Assembly (NCBI GenBank): GCA_040756875.1
Contig: JBFLYH010000002.1
Location: forward strand, 318,526-382,525
DNA: 64,000 nucleotides
Direction: 5' to 3'
Origin: a candidate division FCPU426 bacterium
Lineage (GTDB): Bacteria; Oederibacteriota; JAAXVQ01; JAUVAV01
A program made the position numbers and the translations under genes. The notes below the pieces were generated by a model. That model was not told the origin of the DNA. It was given only the letters and a program-made list of their open reading frames with translations, and made no database searches. Shown here in pieces: positions 55,301-64,000 of this stretch; within the stretch, counting starts at the first letter, position 1, and each line of letters begins with the position of its first letter.

Positions 55301-58120
55301 CTAGCGGCTTCCCTGCCCGGATAAGACTCCGGCGCCAAGATCAAGCGACAGTCCGAACCACCAGCCGGGCTGCGGCGTCTGGTATACGAACGCCGCGCTG
55401 ATTTGACCGGGCAGATACCAGAACCACCGGGTGTCCAAATGGCAGGCCCCGCCCAGGGAGGTGCGTTTCCGTTCCTGCCATTGCGGCCAGCTCAAACCAC
55501 CCTCCCAGCCCGCTCCCTGTTCAGCCAGGCCTTCCAGCCACAGGGATTGAAAAAAGACCGGCAACAATCCCACGCCATTGTCCACATGCGCCAGGGGCAA
55601 CCGGTAGGACGCGCTTAAGGTCATCACCTGCCCGGCGTTGAAAACCCCGCCGCTCCAGCCCAGCGGAGCGGGACCGGAAAAAGCATCCGGAAATATTCCC
55701 CGCTGGTTCAATCCCCTGGCCCCCACTTTCCAGGCGTGCCCCGGAATCCCGGAGGGAAAATAAACCTCGCCGTTCCAGGCCACGGCCCGGCCGTCAAAAG
55801 CCTGCTGCGGGCCGGCTGAATGATAGTGAATCGACCCCAGCACGCCCGACACTGGAAAGGGATCTCGCGCATGCTGCATGCCCGAAAAAAAGCCCGCACT
55901 GCCGCTCCACTGCCAGCTGTCCGGAGCCGGGAACAATGCCGCGGTTTCCGAAGCGAGCGAGAAAGCCTCGATCTCTGCCCCCACGTTCAGGCTGGTGAGG
56001 CGGTCGGTCGCCATTTGAAGCACCAGGGGAAGCTGGGCTTGCAGGCCTGCGCCGGCGGCGCGGTACCAAAAAAGTTCCCCGCTGCCCCGCTCTCCGGGCC
56101 GGCCGTAGCGGCTGCGCGCTTCCCGGAAAACCCGCGGCGTCAGTATCACCGGCAACTCCAAATTGGTATAAGAGGCGTTGCCGTAGACCTGACCGGAAGC
56201 GGGCTGGTACAGGACTTGGGCCCACCAGGCGTGCATGCCCAGGGGGTCCTGCCGGCCCGAGGCAGCGCCCCACAGCAGGCCGTCTGCATCGCTTCCCACC
56301 ATGGGCATCCAATAGGTGGGGGCCAGGTGCGGCCAGGCCGAATACCCCGGCCCAGCGGCGGGCGGCAGGTCGTACTCCGGCTCAGCCAGTGGCTGGGTCC
56401 CGGGCTGCGGCACGTCCCAGGCTTGCCATGCGGCAGGGTCCAGCGGCGCTGTGACGATGCGCTGGATGTTGCCCGGCCGGTACTCGGCAAAAGCCAGCTG
56501 CTCTCCGTCCGGGGAAACCACGGGGTCAAAGGCGCCGAGCCAGGCCCGGGTCACCTGCCAGAGTCTGCGCTCGGCAATGTCCCAGGCAAAAACCTGGTAA
56601 GTGCCGCCCCGGTCTGAAACGAAAAATATCCTTCTGCCGTCCGGAGACCAGGCGGGATTGAAATCTCCGGCCTCGTCCCAGTTGGTGAGCGCTTCCAGCC
56701 GGCCGGTGGCCGTGTCCACCAGGCAGATATCCTGTCTGCCGGACAGGCGCACGCTGGCAGCCAGCTGCCGGCCGTCCGGAGACCAGGCAGGCGAGGCGTA
56801 ATTCGCGCCCTGGGGACCGGGCAGCAGGTCCACCCGGCCGCTGCCGAGGTCCACCAGGCCGATCCGGGTGGCGCCGAATTCATTGACCACGCAGGCCAGG
56901 CGGCCGTCGGAGGCCAGCGCCGGGGACCAGGCGCGGGCATTGCGGGTCAAACGCTTTTCCCGGCCGCCGGTCCATTGGTAGAGATCCGCCGTGAATGCGG
57001 AGGTATAGACCGGATCCATGGCCAGGCGCGCGTAAACAAACGCATCCTGACCGGGCTCATAATCGTAACGGCTCACAGGCAGGTCCGGCCGGCCTGCCGT
57101 CCTGATGGCGCCGGACGGATCAATGCTCACAAGGGCCGAATCCTCGCCCTGGCTCTGGCGGTAGGCCACAAGCCCGCCGTGACTGGTCCACTTGGGCTGG
57201 CTGAAAAAAGCCCGCGAATCCTCCGCGGCCACGGCGGCCCGGGCTATGGCCGGACGGTCTTCACCCAGGCGGGCGCGGAATTCCGCGGTTCGCCGGTTGC
57301 TGACTTCCCGCCACACCTCGTAGGCCGAGCGGCCGGTGACAGCCGGCCAGGTGTCGAGCAGTCCGAACAGCGGCCAGGCGCTCTGGCGGCCTGAAAGGCG
57401 GGCAATGAGATCCGGCGCCGGAGCGGTGGATTCCAGTGCTTTGATCAGGTCATACCCCGCCACATATACCCGGTCAGCCGGATAAGCCCAGAGCGGATCA
57501 TTGTCCAGCTGGCCCATGGTCCAGGGCCCATCCGAAAGCAGGTTGGCCGCAAGCTCCAGGTCCCGCCACGGGCTGCGGCCCCGGCCGCCTGTTTCGGACA
57601 GCTCGGTCTCCGCGTACACAGCCAGGCCCTCGACCCACCAGCGCGGCGCCACCAGGTTGCCGCCGTTCACCTCGCCGAAGACCGCGGCCAGAGCCGCGGT
57701 CAGGCCTTCGCAGCGCATGCCGTGGCAGAGATGGGCATATTCATGGCGCAGAACCTGGGCCAGCCACTCCTGGTCGCGCGGGCCGAAAAACTTGTTTTCC
57801 GGCGCGGTCAGACTCACTTCTATTTTGCGGTAAATGGTTTGGGCATAGCCGCCGGCCAGGTCGCTGTCAGCCGCGAGCACGATGGGCGTGAGGCCGGGCG
57901 GCGCGTAACCGAACAGCCGCTTGGCTTCGGGGTAAATCCGTTCGGCCCAGGCGGCCGCACGCGCCGCGGCCTGGGCGTGGGCGCCGGGATAAATAAACAG
58001 AAAGTGCCCGGTGGCGAGTTCGCGCCAGTCCTGCGCGGGATCATGGCGGGCCCATGCTCCGGACGGCCAAGCCAGGCAAGCCAGGAAGCAGGCAGCGAAG
58101 AGAGTGCGGATGGTTCCCAT
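55301..58120 (-). CDS. Secreted protein: zincin peptidase-MA-like domain, PD40/TolB propeller, probable C-terminal beta-barrel
   Basis: Signal peptide, HEYAH and WWVEGLA, repeated PAWSPDG, amphipathic strand-rich C-terminus. Confidence 0.7.
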   Translation of the reverse strand: MGTIRTLFAACFLACLAWPSGAWARHDPAQDWRELATGHFLFIYPGAHAQAAARAAAWAERIYPEAKRLFGYAPPGLTPIVLAADSDLAGGYAQTIYRKIEVSLTAPENKFFGPRDQEWLAQVLRHEYAHLCHGMRCEGLTAALAAVFGEVNGGNLVAPRWWVEGLAVYAETELSETGGRGRSPWRDLELAANLLSDGPWTMGQLDNDPLWAYPADRVYVAGYDLIKALESTAPAPDLIARLSGRQSAWPLFGLLDTWPAVTGRSAYEVWREVSNRRTAEFRARLGEDRPAIARAAVAAEDSRAFFSQPKWTSHGGLVAYRQSQGEDSALVSIDPSGAIRTAGRPDLPVSRYDYEPGQDAFVYARLAMDPVYTSAFTADLYQWTGGREKRLTRNARAWSPALASDGRLACVVNEFGATRIGLVDLGSGRVDLLPGPQGANYASPAWSPDGRQLAASVRLSGRQDICLVDTATGRLEALTNWDEAGDFNPAWSPDGRRIFFVSDRGGTYQVFAWDIAERRLWQVTRAWLGAFDPVVSPDGEQLAFAEYRPGNIQRIVTAPLDPAAWQAWDVPQPGTQPLAEPEYDLPPAAGPGYSAWPHLAPTYWMPMVGSDADGLLWGAASGRQDPLGMHAWWAQVLYQPASGQVYGNASYTNLELPVILTPRVFREARSRYGRPGERGSGELFWYRAAGAGLQAQLPLVLQMATDRLTSLNVGAEIEAFSLASETAALFPAPDSWQWSGSAGFFSGMQHARDPFPVSGVLGSIHYHSAGPQQAFDGRAVAWNGEVYFPSGIPGHAWKVGARGLNQRGIFPDAFSGPAPLGWSGGVFNAGQVMTLSASYRLPLAHVDNGVGLLPVFFQSLWLEGLAEQGAGWEGGLSWPQWQERKRTSLGGACHLDTRWFWYLPGQISAAFVYQTPQPGWWFGLSLDLGAGVLSGQGSR

Positions 58121-58161
58121 GGATTGAGACTATATCACTCCCGGCGATTCGGCGCCAAAAC

Positions 58162-58192
58162 AAAAAAGCCCCCGGGCCAAACGCCCGGGGGC
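58162..58192 (-). terminator. Intrinsic terminator after the PorV-like gene
   Basis: AGCCCCCGGG/CCCGGGGGCT hairpin with a T-run on the minus strand. Confidence 0.75.
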
Positions 58193-58215
58193 TGGCAAAA
58201 CGTGCTGCGCCGGCT

Positions 58216-59181
58216 TTATTTCAAAGCGGCGGTTATCGCAATCTGATGGGTCAGGCCGAGATCGCCGAAGGAAACCATGGCGTAATCCAGCGACAGTTCC
58301 GTGGTGCCGAGCGGAACCTTGGCGCCTACGCCCGCGGTCAGCCCCGTGATGCCGCCCAGTTCGCCGGTATCCTTGATTTTATATCCCGCGCGCACGGCCG
58401 CCACGTTGTTGAACCAGTATTCCGTGCCGACATTGGCGGAGGTGTAATTCACGTCGCCGAAAGGCAGGTTGACGTCCACCAGCACGTTCCAGACATCGCC
58501 CGTGGAAATGGAGAGCGGCACCAAATAGGCCAGGCCGGCTTTGGCGTTCATGGGCAGCGACGCGTCGCCGAGGGTGGTGCCCAGGTTCTGCACGGTCAGG
58601 CCGGCGGAAAAGCCGGGTGCGCCCATGGCATCCAGTTTGAAGAGCCCGCCCACATCCAGCGCAAAGGCCGAGTAGGTCTCGGTGTCAATGTTCTGGCTGA
58701 TGAACTTCACGGCGCCGCCGACCGCCAGGCTGGGAAGCAGCCACTGGCCGTAGCCCACGGTGGCTGTATACACCAGCGGGGTGAACTCGCCTACGACCTC
58801 GGGCAGGCCGTTGACTTCGTTGACTTTGTCCATCTTGCCGAAATTAAGCATCATCAGGTTGACACCCAGGCCGGCGCCGGGCATCAGCTGCGTCGCAAAC
58901 GCGAGGTATTCGAGGGAGGTTTCTTCCAGATAGATATTGTGCATGAACCCGGCTTGGATGCCGTTGATCTGGGCCAAGCCTGCCGCGTTCCACGAAGGGG
59001 CGTTAAGATCATCGGCTTTGGCGACGAACGCCTCGCCCATGGCCACGGGCCTGGGCCCCAACCCGATCTTCAATTCCGAACCGCCCACTTTGCCGATGTC
59101 AAAATTGGTTTGTGCTGCCCCGGCCGCCGCCACCCAGCAGAATGTCGCAGCCAGCATCAAAACTCCGGTTTTCGCGCTCAT
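58216..59181 (-). CDS. PorV/PorQ-like outer-membrane beta-barrel
   Basis: LKIGLGPRPVAMGEAFVAKADD...WNAAGL, LDYAMVSFGDLGLTHQI. Confidence 0.8.
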   Translation of the reverse strand: MSAKTGVLMLAATFCWVAAAGAAQTNFDIGKVGGSELKIGLGPRPVAMGEAFVAKADDLNAPSWNAAGLAQINGIQAGFMHNIYLEETSLEYLAFATQLMPGAGLGVNLMMLNFGKMDKVNEVNGLPEVVGEFTPLVYTATVGYGQWLLPSLAVGGAVKFISQNIDTETYSAFALDVGGLFKLDAMGAPGFSAGLTVQNLGTTLGDASLPMNAKAGLAYLVPLSISTGDVWNVLVDVNLPFGDVNYTSANVGTEYWFNNVAAVRAGYKIKDTGELGGITGLTAGVGAKVPLGTTELSLDYAMVSFGDLGLTHQIAITAALK

Positions 59182-59443
59182 ATTTCCTCCCCCTCACCTT
59201 TCAGACTGGATGGAACCTTGACCTTATTGGTATCACACTTTGTTTTAGGCAGCAAGGGATTTTTAGCAAAAAGCCGTTTTCAAAGCCAAAAGCCGATCCC
59301 TGCTGCCTGATATCCCTAGATCAATTATCGTCAGCCGCCTTCGTATGCTTTAAGTCAAAAAGATAATACGCGGGCCTGCGGCAGTTTCGTTTCAATGATT
59401 TTCAGTGGTAAAAGGCCGGGAGTGCGGGAGAGAATGGAGGCGG

Positions 59444-59914
59444 TTATTCCCTTTGGGCCGGCATGGAAATGGCTCTTTGGTAGGCCGCCTGGATAATAGC
59501 GGCCAGGGGAACCGCTAACACCACGCCTAAAATGCCAAAGACGAATCCACCGAAAAAAATAACCGGAATTACCACCCACGGGCTGAGGTTCAACCTGCTC
59601 CCCAGGATTTTCGGCTGCCAGACCAGGCTCTCCAGCGCCTGGACCACGGCCCAGACGCCGGCCACGCCCAGCAACACCCAGCCGTTGCGATGCGCCACCC
59701 AGGCCGCAATGAGGGCCGGCACAAAGCCCACGACCGGCCCCACGACCGGTATGATGCTGCACAGACCGGCCACGGCACCCAGCCAGAAGGCATGCGGGAT
59801 GCCCAAAGCCCAAAACCCCAGGCCTGAAACCAGGCTATTGAGGGCGAGAATCAAAAACTGTCCGAGGATGAATTCCTTCAGTATGATCACTACTTCCAAC
59901 CAAAACGGTTTCAT
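59444..59914 (-). CDS. Half-size AI-2E (PerM) family membrane protein
   Basis: GQF...LGIPHA...IPVVG...QALES...PKILG...LSP...GILGVVLAVP, which is the C-terminal core of the family. Confidence 0.7.
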   Translation of the reverse strand: MKPFWLEVVIILKEFILGQFLILALNSLVSGLGFWALGIPHAFWLGAVAGLCSIIPVVGPVVGFVPALIAAWVAHRNGWVLLGVAGVWAVVQALESLVWQPKILGSRLNLSPWVVIPVIFFGGFVFGILGVVLAVPLAAIIQAAYQRAISMPAQRE

Positions 59915-60076
59915 GGCCCCCCGCCGGACAAATGTGTTTCCCCGGCCATTATACCAGAACCATTCCGAGGCTGTTGCGTTCCCTTGGCCGGAGTCATGAG
60001 CCGCGAATTTTAATGAGCCAAATACGGGAAATTGATATATATTTAGATGAACATATAACATCGCCGGGGGGACCCC

Positions 60077-60634
60077 ATGGCTCAGGTCAAAGGCACTTCA
60101 TTGCTTCACCGCTTTCAGGTTTTGGAAAAAAACGCGACCCCCGAACAAATATCCAGGATCATCGAAAAAGTGGCCCCGGACCTGCGGACCGCTTATTTGC
60201 AGAAAAAAATCCTGCCTATCAAATGGTATCCCATCGGATGGCTGGAAACCCTGATGATTGCTGCAGACGAAGTCTTGGGCAGGGGTGATTTGGCCTATTG
60301 CGTCGATTTGGGCCGGCAGGTCAGCGCCATTGCGGTTAAAGGCATATATAAAATGTTTTACAAACTCAGTTCCGTCGAGTTGATTTTTAAAAACGCCCCC
60401 ATGGTATGGAAACAACTGTTCGACGTCGGTCTCTGCCAAGCGGTGATTCCGCACAAAGGCGAAGGGCGGATGACGGTCTCGCAATTCCCGGACATGCCCA
60501 AAAGTCTCTGCCTGTCCCTGTTGGGCTGGTGCGAGGCGGTGATTGAAATGGCCGGCGGGAAAAATATCCGCATCAAGATCGAGCAGTGGCCTGGGCCGGA
60601 AACTCCCCTGGTGCTGGCAGCGAACTGGGAATAG
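60077..60634 (+). CDS. Hypothetical protein, DUF2378/TIGR02265-like (V4R/H-NOX-like fold)
   Basis: QVKG, WYP, LGR, W.QLFD.G, GW...IEMAGG and terminal W pattern. Confidence 0.55.
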   Translation: MAQVKGTSLLHRFQVLEKNATPEQISRIIEKVAPDLRTAYLQKKILPIKWYPIGWLETLMIAADEVLGRGDLAYCVDLGRQVSAIAVKGIYKMFYKLSSVELIFKNAPMVWKQLFDVGLCQAVIPHKGEGRMTVSQFPDMPKSLCLSLLGWCEAVIEMAGGKNIRIKIEQWPGPETPLVLAANWE

Positions 60635-60898
60635 CCGTTCTCGCCTGGCACGGTACCCCTTCAGTTCCCTTTTTCACCCCGACACTGTTGTTCCTCGTAA
60701 AACCCAACCATGAAAAACGCCATGCGCGAATATCTCTATCAGGAACGAAAGACCCTACGGGCTGGCGCCAGAAGAACCCCACGAAAGGATTAAGCCTGGG
60801 CGCACACATGCCGAAAATACCAGTCAGAAGCCGCCTAGGGAGCGCGTAGGCTGCTTGCGGCCGTTCAAGTGAAAATGCCAGGTGCACCGGGAGGGAAC

Positions 60899-61243
60899 AT
60901 GAAAGACAAACGGATGCTGAAGCGGCGGCATTTGATTTATTATTTGCGCCTGCTCGAACAACCGGGCAACCGGGTCGTGGGATATCTGGTGGACATCACC
61001 ACCGAGGGCTTCATGATGATGAGCGAGACCCCGAGCGAAGTGGGAAAAAAATATAAACTGAAATTGTTGGTAAATGACGAACACGGCGACAAGCGTTTCA
61101 TGCTGTTCGCCGCCGTCTGCCGCTGGTGCAAGCGCAGCCTGAACACCATTTTTTACGATGCTGGATTTGAACTGGAAAACATCAGCGCCAAGGAATTTCT
61201 AGGCATCCGGAAAATGATCAAGGAACTGGGATTCAATGATTGA
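60899..61243 (+). CDS. PilZ-domain protein
   Basis: KRMLKRR (RxxxR), DITTEG (DxSxxG-like), C-terminal AGFEL. Confidence 0.8.
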   Translation: MKDKRMLKRRHLIYYLRLLEQPGNRVVGYLVDITTEGFMMMSETPSEVGKKYKLKLLVNDEHGDKRFMLFAAVCRWCKRSLNTIFYDAGFELENISAKEFLGIRKMIKELGFND

Positions 61244-61273
61244 TCTGAAAGCCTTTCCCCATTAACGCACGGG

Positions 61274-61690
61274 TCACCGGCACTGCCATATTTTATCCAG
61301 GTACCACTGCCCGCGGATTTTAACAAAATCGATATGAATATGCCCCCATTCATCCCCATGGCCGCCCAGTTTGTATTGCGTTTGGTCCGCAGGAAACTCG
61401 GCCTGCGCGTGCAGGCGGCGCAGGGGCGTCGCCTGGTCGAAGCGCTGGAGATACCCGAAAAAACCGCGAAAATACTCCGGATCGCCCGAAGGTTCCGCGC
61501 AAGCGTTATAGAGCTTTTCCCATTCGTTGTTTTCAACGGCAGCGGCGACAAAATCCACCGCCGCCCGGGCGTCGGAAAAAGCAGGTTTGCCTTTCATCGG
61601 CGCGCCTCCGGTCCGGCCCATGGAAAACGCCGGGCCCGAAATGCACAGCAATGGAACCAGCAAACTCCAACCGATCTTCGTAATCTTCAC
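61274..61690 (-). CDS. Small secreted hypothetical protein (NTF2-like)
   Basis: Signal peptide. Terminal FVKIRGQWYL strand typical of DUF4878/NTF2-like proteins. Confidence 0.5.
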   Translation of the reverse strand: MKITKIGWSLLVPLLCISGPAFSMGRTGGAPMKGKPAFSDARAAVDFVAAAVENNEWEKLYNACAEPSGDPEYFRGFFGYLQRFDQATPLRRLHAQAEFPADQTQYKLGGHGDEWGHIHIDFVKIRGQWYLDKIWQCR

Positions 61691-61838
61691 GTCAGCCCCG
61701 TATATCGCCTGGGTTGAAACACGCCTTTCCCCTGTTCAATAACTGTTAGGTCGCGGATTATATCCAAACAGTCCAAATCACAACCGGGACTTCCCTCAGG
61801 CTCATAGCGGCATCCCCACTTGCCTGCCTGCTGGTTCG

Positions 61839-62924
61839 TCAACGGACGATCGCCACCTTGAGCGTGCTTCGCTCCTCCTGATTCACGAAAACACGCGCGA
61901 GATAAACCCCGGGCGCATACTGGCCGCACTGCCACTCGAGCGATCCCCGGCCCGCTCCCAAGCTGCCTTTGATTTCAGCCACTGTTTCTACATTGGCATT
62001 GCAAATGAGAATTTTCACCTCCGCGGGCTGCTCCAACCGGAATGAGAACGTCATTTTGTCCTTGGCCGGGTTGGGATAGGGCAAAACGAGCCGGTCCTGC
62101 AAGTTTTCACCCGTAGTGGTGGTGGCGGTGGTGGTGGCAGCAATGGTGGCGGCCGGACTGGATGTGGCAGTGGCAACCAGCGTGCTTACCGGAGTCCGCG
62201 TCGGCGTCACGACAGGTGTATCGGTCGGCGTCTCCGTTATCGTGGGGGTGTGGGTCATGGTGGCAGTGTCCCCCAGGGTGGCCGAAGCCGTGACGCTGGG
62301 TGTCGTGGTCGGCGTCGCAGTCCGAGATGACGTCGGAGTGAGGGTCGGGGAGGAGGTTAGCGTTGCCGTTCTGGTCCTAGTCGACGTCGAGGTGGGCGTG
62401 GGTGAAGGCAGTACGTCCAAGGCATAAATACTCATCCTAAACCCCGCGGACGATGCGCTCGGATACGGGCTTGGCAAGGCTGCAATTACCGTGCTCGAAT
62501 AGCGGGTCTTCCCCATGGTATCGGTGTAACCCGCGATGGTGACCGTGCTGGCGCTCGTCAGCAGGCAAAGCCAGTGTATCGAGCCGTTGACCACAGAAGT
62601 CCCCGGAATGGCAAAAACGTTCCACCCGCTGGTCAATGTCTGGCTGGAGCTCTGATTCATCATAAGGTCCGGCGTTTCGCGGCCGCTGCCGTCATCACGC
62701 GAAGTATAGATCGCCGCCCGGCCGGTCTCGCCGCCGTTCAGGGCCGAAACGTAAAAAAGAATGTAATTCACCACGCCCGTTTCGTTGCAGGTGAACATCG
62801 TCGCCGGCCCTTGATTGCTGTAGGTGATGCCCGCGGACCCGGCCGTATTCTCTCCCATGGTCAACGCCTGTGCCGACAACGCCAAACCCAAGATCGCACC
62901 CAAACACCCCGCCAGAATTCTCAT
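61839..62924 (-). CDS. Secreted protein: N-domain paralogous to 7425-8636, Thr/Pro linker, T9SS-like C-terminal domain
   Basis: Signal peptide, FTCNETGVVN...RAAIY...GWNVFAIP...WL, PYPNPA...PGVY...KVAIVR. Confidence 0.75.
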   Translation of the reverse strand: MRILAGCLGAILGLALSAQALTMGENTAGSAGITYSNQGPATMFTCNETGVVNYILFYVSALNGGETGRAAIYTSRDDGSGRETPDLMMNQSSSQTLTSGWNVFAIPGTSVVNGSIHWLCLLTSASTVTIAGYTDTMGKTRYSSTVIAALPSPYPSASSAGFRMSIYALDVLPSPTPTSTSTRTRTATLTSSPTLTPTSSRTATPTTTPSVTASATLGDTATMTHTPTITETPTDTPVVTPTRTPVSTLVATATSSPAATIAATTTATTTTGENLQDRLVLPYPNPAKDKMTFSFRLEQPAEVKILICNANVETVAEIKGSLGAGRGSLEWQCGQYAPGVYLARVFVNQEERSTLKVAIVR

Positions 62925-63080
62925 TTCTCCACGTTCCTTTCCGCATAGATTTCCCCTCCAAACCCCCACTGCGGAATGAAGCGGATGACGCAGATAGAAA
63001 ATTCTATGCCCGAACAGGGATTTTTATCAAGCTGAAAGACGCAAGTGCGGTCCCTATTCCAGAACATCCCGGGCCTTTGT

Positions 63081-63830
63081 TTAAGCGGTTAAATAAGGCA
63101 GCAATAATTTTTCAAAGGTATATAAACCGGCCTCTTTGTCAGCGAGTTCCTTGGCCACGAAAATCGCGCCATTGCCGAAGGCTTCGCGCGTGATCGATTC
63201 GTGGATCAGCCGCACCGTTTGGTAGGGGAAGCCGAACATGATCTCGTGCCTTCCGATGATCCCGCCCGCGCGCACCGAAACAATATCCGAGTCCTCGATG
63301 CCCAGTTCGTGCGCGATCACTTTGGCGGTTCCCGAAACATCGAATTTTTCCTTGTAATGTTCCTCGGATATGACCACGTCCGTGTAGGGGGCGATTTTTT
63401 TCAATAGTTTCGCCGACAGGATCAGATAATTGATCCCCAGCGTGATGTTGGGCGACCAGAATACGGCCGTATGTTCCGAATACTTTTTCAGAAGCTCAAG
63501 CTTGTCCTCCGGATAATGCGAGATGGCGCTCAGGATCTTGACCTTCCGCCGCGCCGCCTCGGCGCCGTAATACTCGAGGCCGGTCTCCGACGAGAAATCG
63601 ATGATAATATCGACCGGATTATCGTCCAGGAGTTCGGCGATGCCCGTATGTTGGGACGAGAAGATCAGGCCGGGTTCCGGGGAGTATTCCCCGAGGAACT
63701 CAGGAACCGAACGATGCTCGAGCCGCGTGGACTGGCGCACGACCCATTCCAGGACGGTCTCCGATTTTCGCAGGAGCGTTGTTGCGACGGCTTTGCCGGT
63801 TTTGCCAAAACCTATCAATCCAACCTTCAT
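63081..63830 (-). CDS. dapB: 4-hydroxy-tetrahydrodipicolinate reductase-like protein
   Basis: GLIGFGKTG, IDFS, SPNITLG, EEHYKEKFDVSGTA, SVRAGGIIGRHE, REAFGNGA. RBS GGAGG before ATG 63830. Confidence 0.75.
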   Translation of the reverse strand: MKVGLIGFGKTGKAVATTLLRKSETVLEWVVRQSTRLEHRSVPEFLGEYSPEPGLIFSSQHTGIAELLDDNPVDIIIDFSSETGLEYYGAEAARRKVKILSAISHYPEDKLELLKKYSEHTAVFWSPNITLGINYLILSAKLLKKIAPYTDVVISEEHYKEKFDVSGTAKVIAHELGIEDSDIVSVRAGGIIGRHEIMFGFPYQTVRLIHESITREAFGNGAIFVAKELADKEAGLYTFEKLLLPYLTA

Positions 63831-64000
63831 GTCAACCTCCGGGTCCCGCGGGGTTCGGTCCCGCGCCCCCCTCTCCGGAGACGCGGTCTTTTTAAAAATG
63901 AAACCCTCCCCTGGGTGTGAAGATAGCATTGTCCTGCCCAAGAGGAGGGTTGCACCAGACATGAATAAGTATAACCGAGCCAGAGACAAAAACGCAACTC

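Noticed and set aside
60645-60665. Sigma54 promoter CTGGCAC upstream of the PilZ gene
   Set aside because: No TTGC-like -12 element at the required spacing.
61700-61780. Integron attC site or CRISPR repeat end (GTTGAAAC, GTTAGGT)
   Set aside because: Single short matches without partner boxes, repeats or an integrase.
63831-64000. Lysine riboswitch upstream of dapB
   Set aside because: The conserved lysine aptamer motifs were not found in the available sequence.

Overview
GC-rich bacterial chromosomal window with no rRNA, tRNA, CRISPR array or intact transposase recognised. From left to right: the 5' part of a group 4 hydrogenase-related (hyfB/C/E/F-hycE-like) operon led by an HTH-PTS EIIA gene; murB; a secreted Pro/Thr-linker protein paired with a PorV-like barrel-OmpA fusion; a Firmicutes-style housekeeping block (rpsB-tsf-pyrH-frr-uppS-cdsA-dxr-rseP-ispG...proS...polC) whose PolC lacks the inserted exonuclease domain; and argC. 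Next is an approximately 17.6 kb, visibly more AT-rich accessory region (about 31.2-48.8 kb). It holds a tightly coupled TolC + PhnD-like binding protein + histidine kinase + sigma54 response regulator operon, a candidate sigma54 promoter with tandem TGTAA-N7-TTACA sites, a stand-alone receiver, an ECF sigma factor, a 2443-aa multidomain secreted protein, a beta-barrel and a LamG-like lipoprotein. After it come three SurA/PrsA-like genes, mfd, a peptidase/PD40/barrel protein, a second PorV-like barrel, several small genes, another secreted Pro/Thr protein and a dapB-like gene. The organism appears diderm (TolC, OmpA, beta-barrels) with T9SS-like C-terminal sorting domains, yet encodes PolC. 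This suggests an uncultured deep-branching lineage (inference only). Also seen: a 130-bp MITE with a CTAA target duplication, a two-copy REP-like element, and a decayed copy of a sorting-domain 3' end. All calls are from reading motifs by eye; no database searches were run.
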